Numbered from the stretch's first letter, positions 49,722 through 60,292 are shown. The stretch is 64,000 bases of DNA from Andalucia godoyi And28 (GCA_009859145.1 VRVR01000015.1:299705-363704), one strand, 5' to 3'. Notes: generated from the sequence alone by a model not told the origin. Numbers and translations are program-made.

Positions 49722-52055
49722 ATGTCCAGCGAAGAGTCTGATGAAGAGAGTGTGCAAGCGAGGGCTCCTGCGCCTCTGACCACGGATGTGTTGTATGAGA
49801 ACACGGGAGAGTCTGATTACTTGTCATTGCAAGCGTGCGAGATTGCGTTTGAGCCATTGTCCGATATTTCACTGCTGCTGAAGTGCACGCAGCTGTCTCA
49901 GCTTACCATGATTTCGAATTCATTGAGTGATTTTCCACGGAGCTTTTCGTTTACTCCAATTGGATCGACAATTCAGGTGCTGTGTATTGCGTCGCAGTGT
50001 CTGACACGAATGACGTTTCTCGGCCAGCTGCCGCATCTTCGTGAGCTGTACTTGTATGACAATGCAATCGAGTCGATTGATGGTCTCTCTGGCTGTCCTT
50101 CGATTCAGAAACTGTGGATTCACTCCAATCGCATCGACCGCATACAGAATTTGGAGTGTCTGACGGATCTGCGCGAGCTGTGGCTGCAGGGCAACAGGAT
50201 TTCAAACTGCAAGGGACTATCATCACTAGTGAATTTGCAAGTACTGAATTTGTCCGGTAATCCAATCTCGCAGTTTTCAGAAATCGAAGCACTGTCGTCT
50301 CTGCCGGCGCTGTTTGATGTTGGTTTTGCCGACCCGCACTTTGCGCCGTGTCCGATTTCGCATTCTGAAGGCTACCGGTCGTTTGTTGTGCAGTTTTTGA
50401 AGGGAGTTCGTATTTTGGACGGAACACTGATTACAGAAGAAGAGAAGAACAGAGTCGAAGACAATTACCTGCAGACGGCACTGGAGTTTTCAGATCGGAT
50501 GGACGAATTGAGGAGAACGTCCGAGGCGCAATTGGCGCAAATTGACAATCAAATCCGGGGGTTTCAGGAGCGCTCTCGATTGATGGTGGATTCTTTCCAG
50601 TCCTCATTGCAGACCCTCGAGGCCGCCATTCACGAAGGCCGGAATGCGATTCAGTCACAGCAAGCCCGCGTGGCTCGAAAGTACGCCATGGCTGTCAAGA
50701 ATTTCAAGGGTTCTTGCGATGATGTGAAGAAGGCGTATGAAGAGGAAATATCGTACTCCATCAAGCGTGACAAGGAGAGGATGCGTTCCGAAGAACTCTA
50801 TTACAAGAGGGCTTGCAAATCGGCAGAGACGCTGCGGCAGTGGTTCAAGCTGGTCTACATTCCGCATTCCGTCAAGGTGTCGGAGATGTTTGAGAAGTCT
50901 CCAGAAGCAAAGTTGTTTGCAAGTCTCGCCTTGGATTCCCATTCCGCCCCCCAGAATCCCGACAAGATGACAAGCGTGTCTGCATCGTCGAACACGCCAT
51001 CAAAGTCTCCCGCAGGCGGCCGTCCGCCCCTGAAATTGTTCCGCTGTCTCCATATTGCATCGGCACCATTCGATGCGGCGTCCACAAAAGTGGAGCGTGT
51101 ATATATTCCTGTCACCCGCGACTTCATGGAACAAGTCCTGGCTGCAGAAGGACGGCTTCCAGCTGTAGGATCCAGGTCCTTGCTGCTGTTTCGCGATGCT
51201 GGTCAAGCGTTCAGCTCCTCTCCCGTTTCTGCTGCAGAAAGTGCTTCTGCTTTGGAACTGCAAGATGCGTCCTCCCTCGTCGTGGCGGTATTGGTTGCGC
51301 AGTTTGCGCACCCGCTGTCCGTTCGCGAGCATGGAGAGGCTTCTGCGATTCAGATTTCTGCGAATGCAGAAGGATATTTGGGTGAGCATGATGTGTGTCT
51401 ATTTGGCCGTGAATCGACGGCCAAGATTCTCGTTGCATCACATGCATGTCCCAGTTGTCTTCGTGCAGAGTTTCTCTTATTGTTTGTCCCTCTCCGGGCG
51501 CTGTTCTCTGGAGCCGATTTTGAAGCGTTGGAAGTGGATCTGCTTCGGTCGTCGTGGACGTCCTTTGGTTCCTTCATCGGCAACAGCAACAGCCGTGCTG
51601 GCCTCATCAACGAAAAACTTGTGGAACTTGAGCGCCGCATGCTTGGCGAGTACTTCTCGTTTGTTCGTCAAGTGTGGGATGAGCTGTGGGATGAAAGGCA
51701 GATGAAGGAGGTGCGAGCACGCGAAGAAGAAATGATGTCACTTCAAGCACAGCTGGCTATCTTGGACGCCGAGCTCGACGCCGAGCGAATCGAGCAACTG
51801 CGGCTGCTTAAGCAGTATCGCCACGACATTCATGCGACTTCCGCGTCCGCCTTCGTCCCGCTCCCTGTTACTCCCGTTAGCACAGCGTCCTTTTCAAAGG
51901 ACTCGTCGCAGTACGGTCTTCCATCGCCCTCGAGCTCTGGTTCCGGCTCGTCGTCTGCGCCGTTTGAACCGTCTAACCGTGCAACCAGCTCGTCACGCGC
52001 GTCGTCTTCGCGCCCAGCGTCCAAGGCTGCAATTGTTCGGAAACCAAAGCCATGA
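49722..52055 (+). CDS. LRRC9-like: LRRC9-like leucine-rich repeat and coiled-coil protein (shorter than animal LRRC9)
   Basis: SDS22-type LRRs (LRELYLYDNAIESIDGL) and a cap LNLSGNPISQFSEIEALSSLPALFDVGFADPHFAPCP...YRSFVV as in the LRRC9 N-terminus, followed by coiled coils. Confidence 0.75.
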   Translation: MSSEESDEESVQARAPAPLTTDVLYENTGESDYLSLQACEIAFEPLSDISLLLKCTQLSQLTMISNSLSDFPRSFSFTPIGSTIQVLCIASQCLTRMTFLGQLPHLRELYLYDNAIESIDGLSGCPSIQKLWIHSNRIDRIQNLECLTDLRELWLQGNRISNCKGLSSLVNLQVLNLSGNPISQFSEIEALSSLPALFDVGFADPHFAPCPISHSEGYRSFVVQFLKGVRILDGTLITEEEKNRVEDNYLQTALEFSDRMDELRRTSEAQLAQIDNQIRGFQERSRLMVDSFQSSLQTLEAAIHEGRNAIQSQQARVARKYAMAVKNFKGSCDDVKKAYEEEISYSIKRDKERMRSEELYYKRACKSAETLRQWFKLVYIPHSVKVSEMFEKSPEAKLFASLALDSHSAPQNPDKMTSVSASSNTPSKSPAGGRPPLKLFRCLHIASAPFDAASTKVERVYIPVTRDFMEQVLAAEGRLPAVGSRSLLLFRDAGQAFSSSPVSAAESASALELQDASSLVVAVLVAQFAHPLSVREHGEASAIQISANAEGYLGEHDVCLFGRESTAKILVASHACPSCLRAEFLLLFVPLRALFSGADFEALEVDLLRSSWTSFGSFIGNSNSRAGLINEKLVELERRMLGEYFSFVRQVWDELWDERQMKEVRAREEEMMSLQAQLAILDAELDAERIEQLRLLKQYRHDIHATSASAFVPLPVTPVSTASFSKDSSQYGLPSPSSSGSGSSSAPFEPSNRATSSSRASSSRPASKAAIVRKPKP

Positions 52056-52337
52056 CGATTCGTTTTGCAATTTTTTACTTTCATTTGTAAATATTCCTTC
52101 TTCGTCTTCGTCTTCGTCTTCGTCAGTTGTTTCTTATTTTTATTCGTCTATCAGAAAACACTTATTATTTTCTTTTTTTTCAATATTAAAGATTCAACAA
52201 AAAAAGGAAAAACAAAAACAGTTTCAATTCTCGAATATGCGTATATATATATATGTACAGCCACAACACAGAAAGAAAAAAACGAAACAGGATTCGACGG
52301 AAGATCAGTAGTCCATCGAGCATGAGGCAGAGAGGAT

Positions 52338-52568
52338 TTAGAAACCTCGGGCTTTCTTCCAGAGAATCCAGCTGATCTGGTCGCGAACAGCCTTCAGTGC
52401 AATGCGGCGTTCTTGCGACTCTCGCTGATGTCGCAGTTCTTCAGATGGTTTCACAAACCGAGTCTGCTGGCGAAGCTGACGAGGCGCAAGTCCCTCTTGA
52501 ATCAAGGTGCGCTTCAGCCTACGAAGAGCCTTCTCCACATTACTCCCAACAACCTCAATCGTCAACAT
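52338..52568 (-). CDS. MRPS21: Mitochondrial ribosomal protein bS21m
   Basis: IEVVGSNVEKALRRLKR...EG...FVKPSEE and C-terminal WILWKKARGF. 76 aa from ATG 52568. Confidence 0.88.
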   Translation of the reverse strand: MLTIEVVGSNVEKALRRLKRTLIQEGLAPRQLRQQTRFVKPSEELRHQRESQERRIALKAVRDQISWILWKKARGF

Positions 52569-52856
52569 CTCTCCAACCGCAAAAACGAACACTGAGAATA
52601 TGTATGCGCCAGTAATTTTAATTTAATATTTTAAAAAATTTCGCACCAAAAAAGCAGAGCTTGGAAAACCCAATACAAAACGACAGAAAAGACAGTCCCA
52701 TTGAAAGGAGTGAAAGGGAGGGTTAATGTTTATATGTGTACTTTGTATTGTGCACGGGAGCAAGCAACCCTAAGTGGGGCATTGTTTATTGGACGGTTTT
52801 TTTGTTGTTACGACCGACAGCTCAATGCAACCACTGTGGAATCTTGGTGTGTTCTC

Positions 52857-54386
52857 TCATGTGGTGTTGGTGATGGTGGCGGCTGCCTCGTCGAGGCGCT
52901 CGTCCTTTTCTTCCTGCGCAGACCACTTCTGGTCCACAGTGCTTGCTGCTTCTTCCCGCGGCGTTGGAATTCTCTCGCGAACCACATTGCCAGCATGAAC
53001 GTAAATGTCGCGGAACAGATGTTTCTTGGACGGATCGCCGAAGAATGCTGCGTGCCACGCATCGACGTCATCTGCGTAGACATGATGCCCGCCAGCGCAC
53101 TCCCTGACGATCACGGGACCTTTTAGACTGCGTGCAGCTTCAAGATACGGATCTCTTCTCATCCACGAATGCGATCCGCGGATCAGCAACACCGGGATGC
53201 TTTCATCAAGTCGATGAATTCGCCTCAGCATCGGAAGCGCAGCAAATCCAAGGCTTCGGGTCATCGCCCCAAATGCATGCTCTCCCATCGCCGGTTTCTG
53301 TGCACTGATTTCGTAAATGTAGTCCAGGATGCGCTTGTCGTTCGGGAACAGATCTTCGAATCGGTGGAAGAAATCCGGCCGGAATCGGTGGACTAACCAG
53401 GGGCCCATCGGTCCCGAAGTCCGCACAATGCTGAGCGGTGCATTGGTCATTCCACCAAATGCAGCCGCGAGAATCCGCCAGCGCAGAGGAATGCGACGAT
53501 TTGCATCTGCTGGTTTTTCAGGGAACCCCCACGGGTCCGCCAGGATCAGTCGATCCACATTCTGTGGATATTTGAGGGCGTACGACGCTGCAAGATATCC
53601 GCCCATGGAGTGGCCGCAGAGCGTAAACTTCTTCCCGTTACCCAGCTCCTCGCCCATCGATTTTCTCCAAGCTTCAAACGTCTCGATGAAGTACGTCTCG
53701 GCCAGCATTGGAGACACTTTCAGCGTGCAATCCTTTAGTTTTTCAATTTCCGTTCCCAGCGGCATCGATGGCTTCTTCTTTTTCTTTTCGTTCTTCTCTG
53801 CATTCGCCACTGACGCCACTGACGCCGGTGCAGCCTGAACGCCACCCACAACACCGTCGCCGTCGGCAGCGTCGTCGCCGTCGTCGTCGTCTTGGATTGT
53901 GTTTTCAGCAGCCGAAAACACTTCATTTGGGAGCGTTGGACGGATGTGTTTAAGCACAGAAAATGGCATTCGGGAAGATCGGCCAAAGCCAGCCAAATCC
54001 ACAGCATAGACTCGATAATCCTTTGCGAATGCATCGAGCGACTTGATCCAAAACGGCCCAGACCCACCAAACCCATGCATCAACACCAGCGGAGGCTTGC
54101 TCGGGTCTCCCACAATTATTGTGTTGATGTGATATTCCTTTCCATTCTCAAGCTTTGCAATCGATACAAACTTTTGCTCTCTCGGCGACGTCACTGCTTC
54201 CAAAACACGCTGCTCTGCAAGAAAGAGCGAGTACGCCGATGTCGGTCTCCAGTACGGTCTTGGAACCCACGAAAACAGTCCAGAGCGACGCGGAGGGTCT
54301 ATTACATGGTTGTGATTGCCCATGCTCGACGGACCCCCGTTCTCTTCAGCTGCTGCACTAGTCATCGAACTAACAGCAGACGACAT
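52857..54386 (-). CDS. ABHD4/5-like: ABHD4/ABHD5 (CGI-58)-like alpha/beta hydrolase / acyltransferase
   Basis: VLMHGFGGS, DLAGFGRSSR, nucleophile GHSMGG, LILADPWG, HxxxxD motif (HHVYAD). Confidence 0.9.
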   Translation of the reverse strand: MSSAVSSMTSAAAEENGGPSSMGNHNHVIDPPRRSGLFSWVPRPYWRPTSAYSLFLAEQRVLEAVTSPREQKFVSIAKLENGKEYHINTIIVGDPSKPPLVLMHGFGGSGPFWIKSLDAFAKDYRVYAVDLAGFGRSSRMPFSVLKHIRPTLPNEVFSAAENTIQDDDDGDDAADGDGVVGGVQAAPASVASVANAEKNEKKKKKPSMPLGTEIEKLKDCTLKVSPMLAETYFIETFEAWRKSMGEELGNGKKFTLCGHSMGGYLAASYALKYPQNVDRLILADPWGFPEKPADANRRIPLRWRILAAAFGGMTNAPLSIVRTSGPMGPWLVHRFRPDFFHRFEDLFPNDKRILDYIYEISAQKPAMGEHAFGAMTRSLGFAALPMLRRIHRLDESIPVLLIRGSHSWMRRDPYLEAARSLKGPVIVRECAGGHHVYADDVDAWHAAFFGDPSKKHLFRDIYVHAGNVVRERIPTPREEAASTVDQKWSAQEEKDERLDEAAATITNTT

Positions 54387-55049
54387 GATGCGAGCAACCG
54401 ACGGAGACCGCGATGCAAAGATGAATCGACGCGCTTTCGAAATACTACGCGTCAGTTTGCACAGAGACTGTTGACTTTGGTATCAACCCCGCTTCCTCCC
54501 CGTACTGGTAAAAATCTAATCTAAAATAAAAAAAGACAACCAAAAAAACAAACGAAAAAACAAACGAGTAGCAATGCCCAATTAGCAACTAACGAATAAT
54601 CAACAGTGAATAAACCAGGCGGAAGAACAAGTGTACGTAATCGTTAAAAGAGGCTGCATCTTCTGGCACGATCATCAGATCTCCAATTCTCCGTACATGG
54701 AAAGGGGACGAATCAGAAAGAAAGGGGAAAAGGCGGCATTTCGGCAAATCAAAAAAAGGAAATAGTGAGGAAGTTGACTCAAGCTCATGTTACAGAAAAC
54801 GGGAAAAACCTCAAGCGCATTCTTTCGCACTTTCATAGTCGTTTCGTTCCTTTAATCTTCTCCAACCAAAAGAAGTGCCTCTGTTTCCTTACTTCTATTT
54901 TTCCTTTCTTTTTCTTCTTCTTCTTCTTTGTGTGCGTGTTTGTTGTTGTTGGTGAAGTTGAGCGAGTCAGTGGGTGTGGGTGGGTGAGTGGGTGAGCGGG
55001 GTGGTGAGAGGTGTTTCTGTTTGTCATTGTATTTAAGCACCACTTTGAA

Positions 55050-56411
55050 ATGTATCTGGCATCACGAAGCTTGTGCAGGAGGATCTACTACTACGGCAGC
55101 GGCGGTGTTCGCACGATTGTGACACTGACTCCTGAAATACTAGCACAGTATGCGAAGCCTGAAGGTCCGATTGCGACGTATGAGAATTTGATTGCGAATG
55201 ATCTGTTCACGCGAGATCCGCAGCAGCTCCAGTCGTTGGAAATTCTCCAGACCCTTCATGAACGGCTGCTTTCTTATGCGCCGCCGCCTTCCTCTTTCGT
55301 CGACGGAAAAGCTTCGTCAAAAGGATCCTTGTTTCGCAAACTGTTCAAAGCAAGCTTGTTTTCTGCTGCTGCTGGTGATGCAGCAGCATCATCATCATCA
55401 TCATCATCATCATGGTCGTCGTCGTCGTCGGGATCCGCGGTTCCTAAGGGGGTCTACCTGTGGGGAGGCGTCGGGTGTGGCAAAACGACAGTCATGGACA
55501 TCTTCTACGGGAGTGTTCCGGTGAGTGGAAAGCGCCGAATCCACTTTCACGAATTCATGCTCAATGTACACACGCGCATCCACCGACTGCGTACCAATAC
55601 ACCTGGTGGGTTCGTCGGCGACCCCGTGCCTCCGATTGTCGAGGCAATGATGAAAGAGGCGTGGCTGTATTGTTTTGACGAGATGCAGTGCTATGACATC
55701 GCGAATGCAATGATCTTGAGACGACTGTTCGAGGAAATGTTTTCGCACGGCGCAGTTGTGGTGACAACTTCGAACAGGGTCCCGGATGACTTGTATAAGA
55801 ACGGGATGCAGAGAGAGTTCTTCATTCCTTTCATCCACTTGATTCGAGAAAAATGCACAGTGCACCATTTGGCAAGCAAGACGGATTACAGATTGACCGG
55901 TCATTTGTCTTCCAAGACTTACTTGTCCCCGCTCACGCCACAGAATCAAGAGGAAGTAAGCCGTGTGTTCTCATTGCTCACTCACAATGAGGAGCTGTCC
56001 GAGATCACACTTCATGTCAAGGGTCGGCAACTGCATGTCCGAGAATCGGCGCGTGGAGTTGCGCGCTTCACATTTGATGAGCTTTGCAGACCAGCACTCG
56101 GAGTCGTTGACTATCTTGCGATTGCTTCCCATTTTCATACCATCATTCTCACAGGCGTGCCCAAGATGACGATTTCCGATCGAAACGAAGTGCGCAGGCT
56201 CATCATGCTCATCGACGCTCTGTACGATCATCGATGCAAGGTCGTGATTCTTGCGGACTCGCTTCCTCCAATGCTGTACGAAAAGAACACAAACGGCAGC
56301 GAAGACGAAAACTTTGCGTGGGATCGCTGCGTCTCTCGCATGATTGAGATGCAAACCCGCGAGTATTTGGAGAGTGTCCACAAATCAGAAAGTCAAGTGC
56401 TTGCATCTTAG
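55050..56411 (+). CDS. AFG1L: AFG1/LACE1/ZapE-family mitochondrial ATPase
   Basis: [51 protein letters not shown]. Presequence-like N-terminus [11 protein letters not shown]. Confidence 0.95.
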   Translation: MYLASRSLCRRIYYYGSGGVRTIVTLTPEILAQYAKPEGPIATYENLIANDLFTRDPQQLQSLEILQTLHERLLSYAPPPSSFVDGKASSKGSLFRKLFKASLFSAAAGDAAASSSSSSSSWSSSSSGSAVPKGVYLWGGVGCGKTTVMDIFYGSVPVSGKRRIHFHEFMLNVHTRIHRLRTNTPGGFVGDPVPPIVEAMMKEAWLYCFDEMQCYDIANAMILRRLFEEMFSHGAVVVTTSNRVPDDLYKNGMQREFFIPFIHLIREKCTVHHLASKTDYRLTGHLSSKTYLSPLTPQNQEEVSRVFSLLTHNEELSEITLHVKGRQLHVRESARGVARFTFDELCRPALGVVDYLAIASHFHTIILTGVPKMTISDRNEVRRLIMLIDALYDHRCKVVILADSLPPMLYEKNTNGSEDENFAWDRCVSRMIEMQTREYLESVHKSESQVLAS

Positions 56412-56514
56412 TCCGTAGATGTATATTTTTGATGAGAGTCGCCCGAGCCTGGTGTCGAATCTCTTTGGTAGGGCCTATTGGCTTTGGATAAATTCCAAGA
56501 CTCCACGAAGCACG

Positions 56515-57756
56515 TTACTCGGGGGGTCTTGCCGCTCCAAGCGACGTCGTCGCAATTCCAGCAGCTGTTTGCACCAGGTCTCGTAGCGGGGGCTCTGGGA
56601 TGATAGGGTGCTGCGCGAAGTTTTGAACTGCTTGCAAGTAAACGTGTCCGATGGGTCTTCTTTGTTCTTTTGCGCCCGCGCCTGGGTTCTCAGCCTCTGC
56701 GGCGTCTAGCGGTGATGGCGCAATGCAAACAGGTGAGATGCCCTGCTCATTGCCGATCTCTTTGGTTGCCGGTGTTTCCAGCACTCGGGGTCTCTTTGAC
56801 GCGGGTTCGCAGATCGGGGATTCGTGCGTCTCGATGGCCAGAGGGCTGTTCGAACAATCAGCACTTCCTGATTCGCTGTTCCGCGATCTGGATGACTGGC
56901 TGGTTCGAGGATCGATGCTTGACGGTGTACTTGGCGACAGGCCCGTGTTGTCGGAGACTGCACCGTGTCCGTCGCAAAGAGACACAGTTGCTGCGGAGAT
57001 ATTCGCACTGTGAGCATGTGCAGATGTGGACGATGCAGGGATTGGTGGTGCTTCGGGCTTCACAGCATCTGGCTGCTGTTTCACGAGTTCCCATGTCATA
57101 GGAATATCAGAGTGCCGTTGGAAAATCTTCGGTTTCGCCTTCAAAAGGCCTCGTAATTGCTGATTCGTTGTATCATATCCGAATGTTTTCTGCAGTTCTG
57201 TTTGGATGCTGGTTACACGCAGCGGTTGTCCGGTGGTTTCCAACACCCGAACCACGAGGAGTTGCAGAATCCCCGTCTTCCGCCGTTTCTTAGCCACCTG
57301 TGGTTGTTCACTGCTGCTGCAATGGATGATGGAAAGATCCACAGCATCCTGTTTCTCTCGGATATTGTCGTCCCGATTTGTCGGAGCTTCACGAGTCACC
57401 TTGTACTTGCTAACCACATCTCCCGCATTTCCAGTCTGTAGCTCTCGATCTATGGCGCGTGGATCAAAAAGGAAGCCTTCCGTATGCGTGCCCCTGCTTA
57501 CGCACAGAGTCGCTGCCGGCGGCGTTTGCATGGCAGTTTGCTCCGTCATTGACGACGCCTCGAACAAGTCATGAACAAGCCGCATCAGGACCGACCGCTC
57601 ACGAATGAGATCGACGACGAGGAATTTGAGTTCCGTTTTGTTTAGCTGGTTCAGGCGGCTGTCTTGCAATTCATCCAAATCATCCTCAAACAACACAGAG
57701 GATCCGTATTCATAGACTGGTTCGTCTGCAGCACTTGTCTTTTGTCGCGTCGACAT
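56515..57756 (-). CDS. Hypothetical nuclear protein: N-terminal coiled coil, winged-helix-like domain, disordered tail
   Basis: NLS-like KKRRK, then GILQLLVVRVLETTGQPLRVTSIQTELQKTFGYDTTNQQLRGLLKAKPKIFQR...TWEL, which is wHTH-like. Confidence 0.7.
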   Translation of the reverse strand: MSTRQKTSAADEPVYEYGSSVLFEDDLDELQDSRLNQLNKTELKFLVVDLIRERSVLMRLVHDLFEASSMTEQTAMQTPPAATLCVSRGTHTEGFLFDPRAIDRELQTGNAGDVVSKYKVTREAPTNRDDNIREKQDAVDLSIIHCSSSEQPQVAKKRRKTGILQLLVVRVLETTGQPLRVTSIQTELQKTFGYDTTNQQLRGLLKAKPKIFQRHSDIPMTWELVKQQPDAVKPEAPPIPASSTSAHAHSANISAATVSLCDGHGAVSDNTGLSPSTPSSIDPRTSQSSRSRNSESGSADCSNSPLAIETHESPICEPASKRPRVLETPATKEIGNEQGISPVCIAPSPLDAAEAENPGAGAKEQRRPIGHVYLQAVQNFAQHPIIPEPPLRDLVQTAAGIATTSLGAARPPE

Positions 57757-57952
57757 TTTCCAATCTCACGCTTTACGATTTCCTGCTCTCTGTTTCGCTA
57801 ACGCTGTCGCTTCTTTTTGGCTGTTCGTGCTGTGGAGGATTGACCCAAAAAAAGAAAGGGGAGGGGACAGAGAAGAGAAGGGGAAAATAATAAAATGCAA
57901 AGGAATCAAGATTCACGATAAACACATTCAAAAAGCAAGCCTATATATATGC

Positions 57953-57977
57953 GTGTGTGTGTGTGTGTGTGTGTGTG
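57953..57977. repeat. (GT)n microsatellite
   Basis: Directly visible. Confidence 0.9.
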
Positions 57978-58284
57978 CGTGACTCGGAGAACGCCAAGGT
58001 TTTTCCCGCGAGACGCCGAGACACAAAAGCCAGCTCGTTGGGCGGGCTTTCTGTAGTCGTGTTCTTATTACAACCGATGCTTCTTCGTTCATTTCTTGCT
58101 AATTTTGTTCACCCCTCCTTTTTACCATCGAAGGTTGTACTTTACGGACGTGCTACACAGCAAAAACAACCAATCCAACAGCAGCTGCAACAAAAACAAC
58201 AAACACGAATACAGTATCATGATGGGAAGGAAACTGAGGTAAGGGAAGGTTGTCGAGATGAGAGAGGCAGGAAGCATGGCAAGC

Positions 58285-59754
58285 CTACAAGTTGAGAGCC
58301 TTCTTGAGCTTGAGACCGAGCGTCTGGTCCATCTGCTCAAAGTGCGACACAATGATTTTTCTGCACTCCGTGGAGCACTTCGGATGCGCAAGGGTCCCGA
58401 GGATTCTCTTGAAAAATCGTTCTCTGCGCTCCGCATCAAACGTTAAGTACCGTGCTCGAGCCTGCGAGAAATCATCGACCTTGGTGATGGGAGCCTTGAC
58501 CTTCTTTCCGTACATTCCCTGCGCCACGAGCGGCGTCTTTTGCTCTGCATGTCTCGTCGGATCAAAGCGTGATGGGAAGTAGTTCACTTCTTTTTCTCGG
58601 AGCACAAACGTACCTTGGCCATCGTAAATGGGGTTCCGGAATACGCAGCGCGGAGCATTCACAGGGAGCAGATTGAAGTTGTTTCCAAGTCGGTGGCGCT
58701 GAGTATCGAGGTACGAGAAAACACGGGTCTGCAGGAGCTTATCCTGAGATAGGGCGACACCTGGAACGATGTTGGAGGGGCAGAATGCCAGCTGTTCGTT
58801 CTCTGCGTGGAACTCGGTGTTTTGGTTCAGCACAAGTCGACCGACGGTGTACAGCGGGAATCGGTCCTCAGGCCAGGTCTTCGTGACGTCAAATGGATCA
58901 AACTCGAGAGACTCTGCAAGAGACGGGTCCATGTACTGCATCCGGAGAGTCCACTCGGGGAAATCCCCGCGTGCAATGGCCTCATGCAAGTCGAGCTGCG
59001 CATGCTGGTGATTCGTTCCTCCAACCACGATTGCTTGGTCTTCCAACAAGTTCCTCACACCCTGTTTCGGCACCCAGTGGTATTTGACCAACGTTTCGCG
59101 GCCATCGCGGGTGATCCAGTGGTATGTGTGCACGCCAAATCCCTCCATATGGCGATAGTCCTGCGGAATGCCGCAGTCATCTTGCAAAAACGTCATCATG
59201 TGCAAATGCTGCGGGCCCAAAGCAGAGAAGAAGTCCCAGACGCGCCAGAACTCCTGTAGGTTGTTTCTCGGATTTGGCTTGAATGCATGGACCATTGATG
59301 GAAACAGCATGCCATCGCGGATGAAAAACACCGGGAAGTTGTTGCCAACGATGTCGTAGTTTCCCTCGCGAGTGTAAAATTTGACTGCGAATCCTCGCGG
59401 ATCTCGCAGAGTTTCCGGCGATCCACGAGGATGGACAACAGTCGAGAAGCGCACAACAACAGGTGTCTTTGTGCCAGGCGCACGCAAAAAGTCGGCGGCT
59501 GTGCGGTCAGACACGTCGGCCGTGCACTCGAAGTATCCCTTCGCGGATGCTCCCACTGCATGGACGACTCGCTCAGGGATTTTTTCACGGTGGAACGCAG
59601 CGAGTCTCGAAACAAGAAGATGGTCTTCCAGAAGAATCGGTCCGCGGTTGCCGACAGTCAGCGGCTGCATCACGTTCCACACTGGACTGCCATTGATGTC
59701 CGAAAACACAGGTCCGTCCTGGCGATCACGAGGCGTCACATACTCGGGATTCAT
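58285..59754 (-). CDS. CAT: Monofunctional heme catalase, clade 1 (plant-like)
   Basis: FHREKIPERVVHA (distal His), RFSTVVHPRGSPETLRDPRGFAVKFYT, GNNFPVFFIRDG, RVFSYLDTQRHRLG (proximal Tyr). ATG at 59754. Confidence 0.97.
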   Translation of the reverse strand: MNPEYVTPRDRQDGPVFSDINGSPVWNVMQPLTVGNRGPILLEDHLLVSRLAAFHREKIPERVVHAVGASAKGYFECTADVSDRTAADFLRAPGTKTPVVVRFSTVVHPRGSPETLRDPRGFAVKFYTREGNYDIVGNNFPVFFIRDGMLFPSMVHAFKPNPRNNLQEFWRVWDFFSALGPQHLHMMTFLQDDCGIPQDYRHMEGFGVHTYHWITRDGRETLVKYHWVPKQGVRNLLEDQAIVVGGTNHQHAQLDLHEAIARGDFPEWTLRMQYMDPSLAESLEFDPFDVTKTWPEDRFPLYTVGRLVLNQNTEFHAENEQLAFCPSNIVPGVALSQDKLLQTRVFSYLDTQRHRLGNNFNLLPVNAPRCVFRNPIYDGQGTFVLREKEVNYFPSRFDPTRHAEQKTPLVAQGMYGKKVKAPITKVDDFSQARARYLTFDAERRERFFKRILGTLAHPKCSTECRKIIVSHFEQMDQTLGLKLKKALNL

Positions 59755-60034
59755 CTCGATTCTTTTTTGTACTTCCTGTTCTTCCTGTTCTACCGTTCTT
59801 CTTTTTTTTTTTCTCTCTCTCCTTTCCGTCAACGGCTGCTGCTGCGTGGAGAAAAGAAAGAAGAACGGCCCGAGACGAGACTCTCAGGAGACCGAGGAAG
59901 GGGGACATCGAGGAGAGGGCCCGGAGTCAAGGGCCTCTGTAGAAGCTGGGTAAGGAATAAGTGCATGCTGCGTTGTGCAGATAACAAAAACGAGGAGCCG
60001 ACTACGATCGTTTTGTCCTATCACTCATCATCCA

Positions 60035-60062
60035 TCAGTTGTCAGTTGTCAGTTGTCAGTTG
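60035..60062. repeat. (TCAGTTG)4 heptamer array in the catalase/DeSI divergent spacer
   Basis: Four exact tandem copies; each contains CAACTG on the minus strand. Confidence 0.85.
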
Positions 60063-60292
60063 TCACTGGTTGCGGATTCCATTTCCATTTCCATTTCCAG
60101 TTCTGACATGCCTACTCAATGCCGATTGCGAGATTCGTTCAAATCACCGGTATTTCCGCCTCCCTTCTCCGACCGTATTCCTTCTTCTTTTCAACCACAT
60201 TAATTGTTATTGTTGTTATTATTTCATTCATTCATTTTTTCTGTTCTTCCCATTTGGTTCCCGGGACGACATCTTAACAGGGAGACACGAGT

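Noticed and set aside
34060-60290. Polypyrimidine tracts plus AG near ATGs (TDP2, LRRC9-like, DeSI) as trans-splice acceptors
   Set aside because: Not consistent across genes, no SL RNA seen, and strands switch often. 5' UTR introns remain possible but are unsupported.
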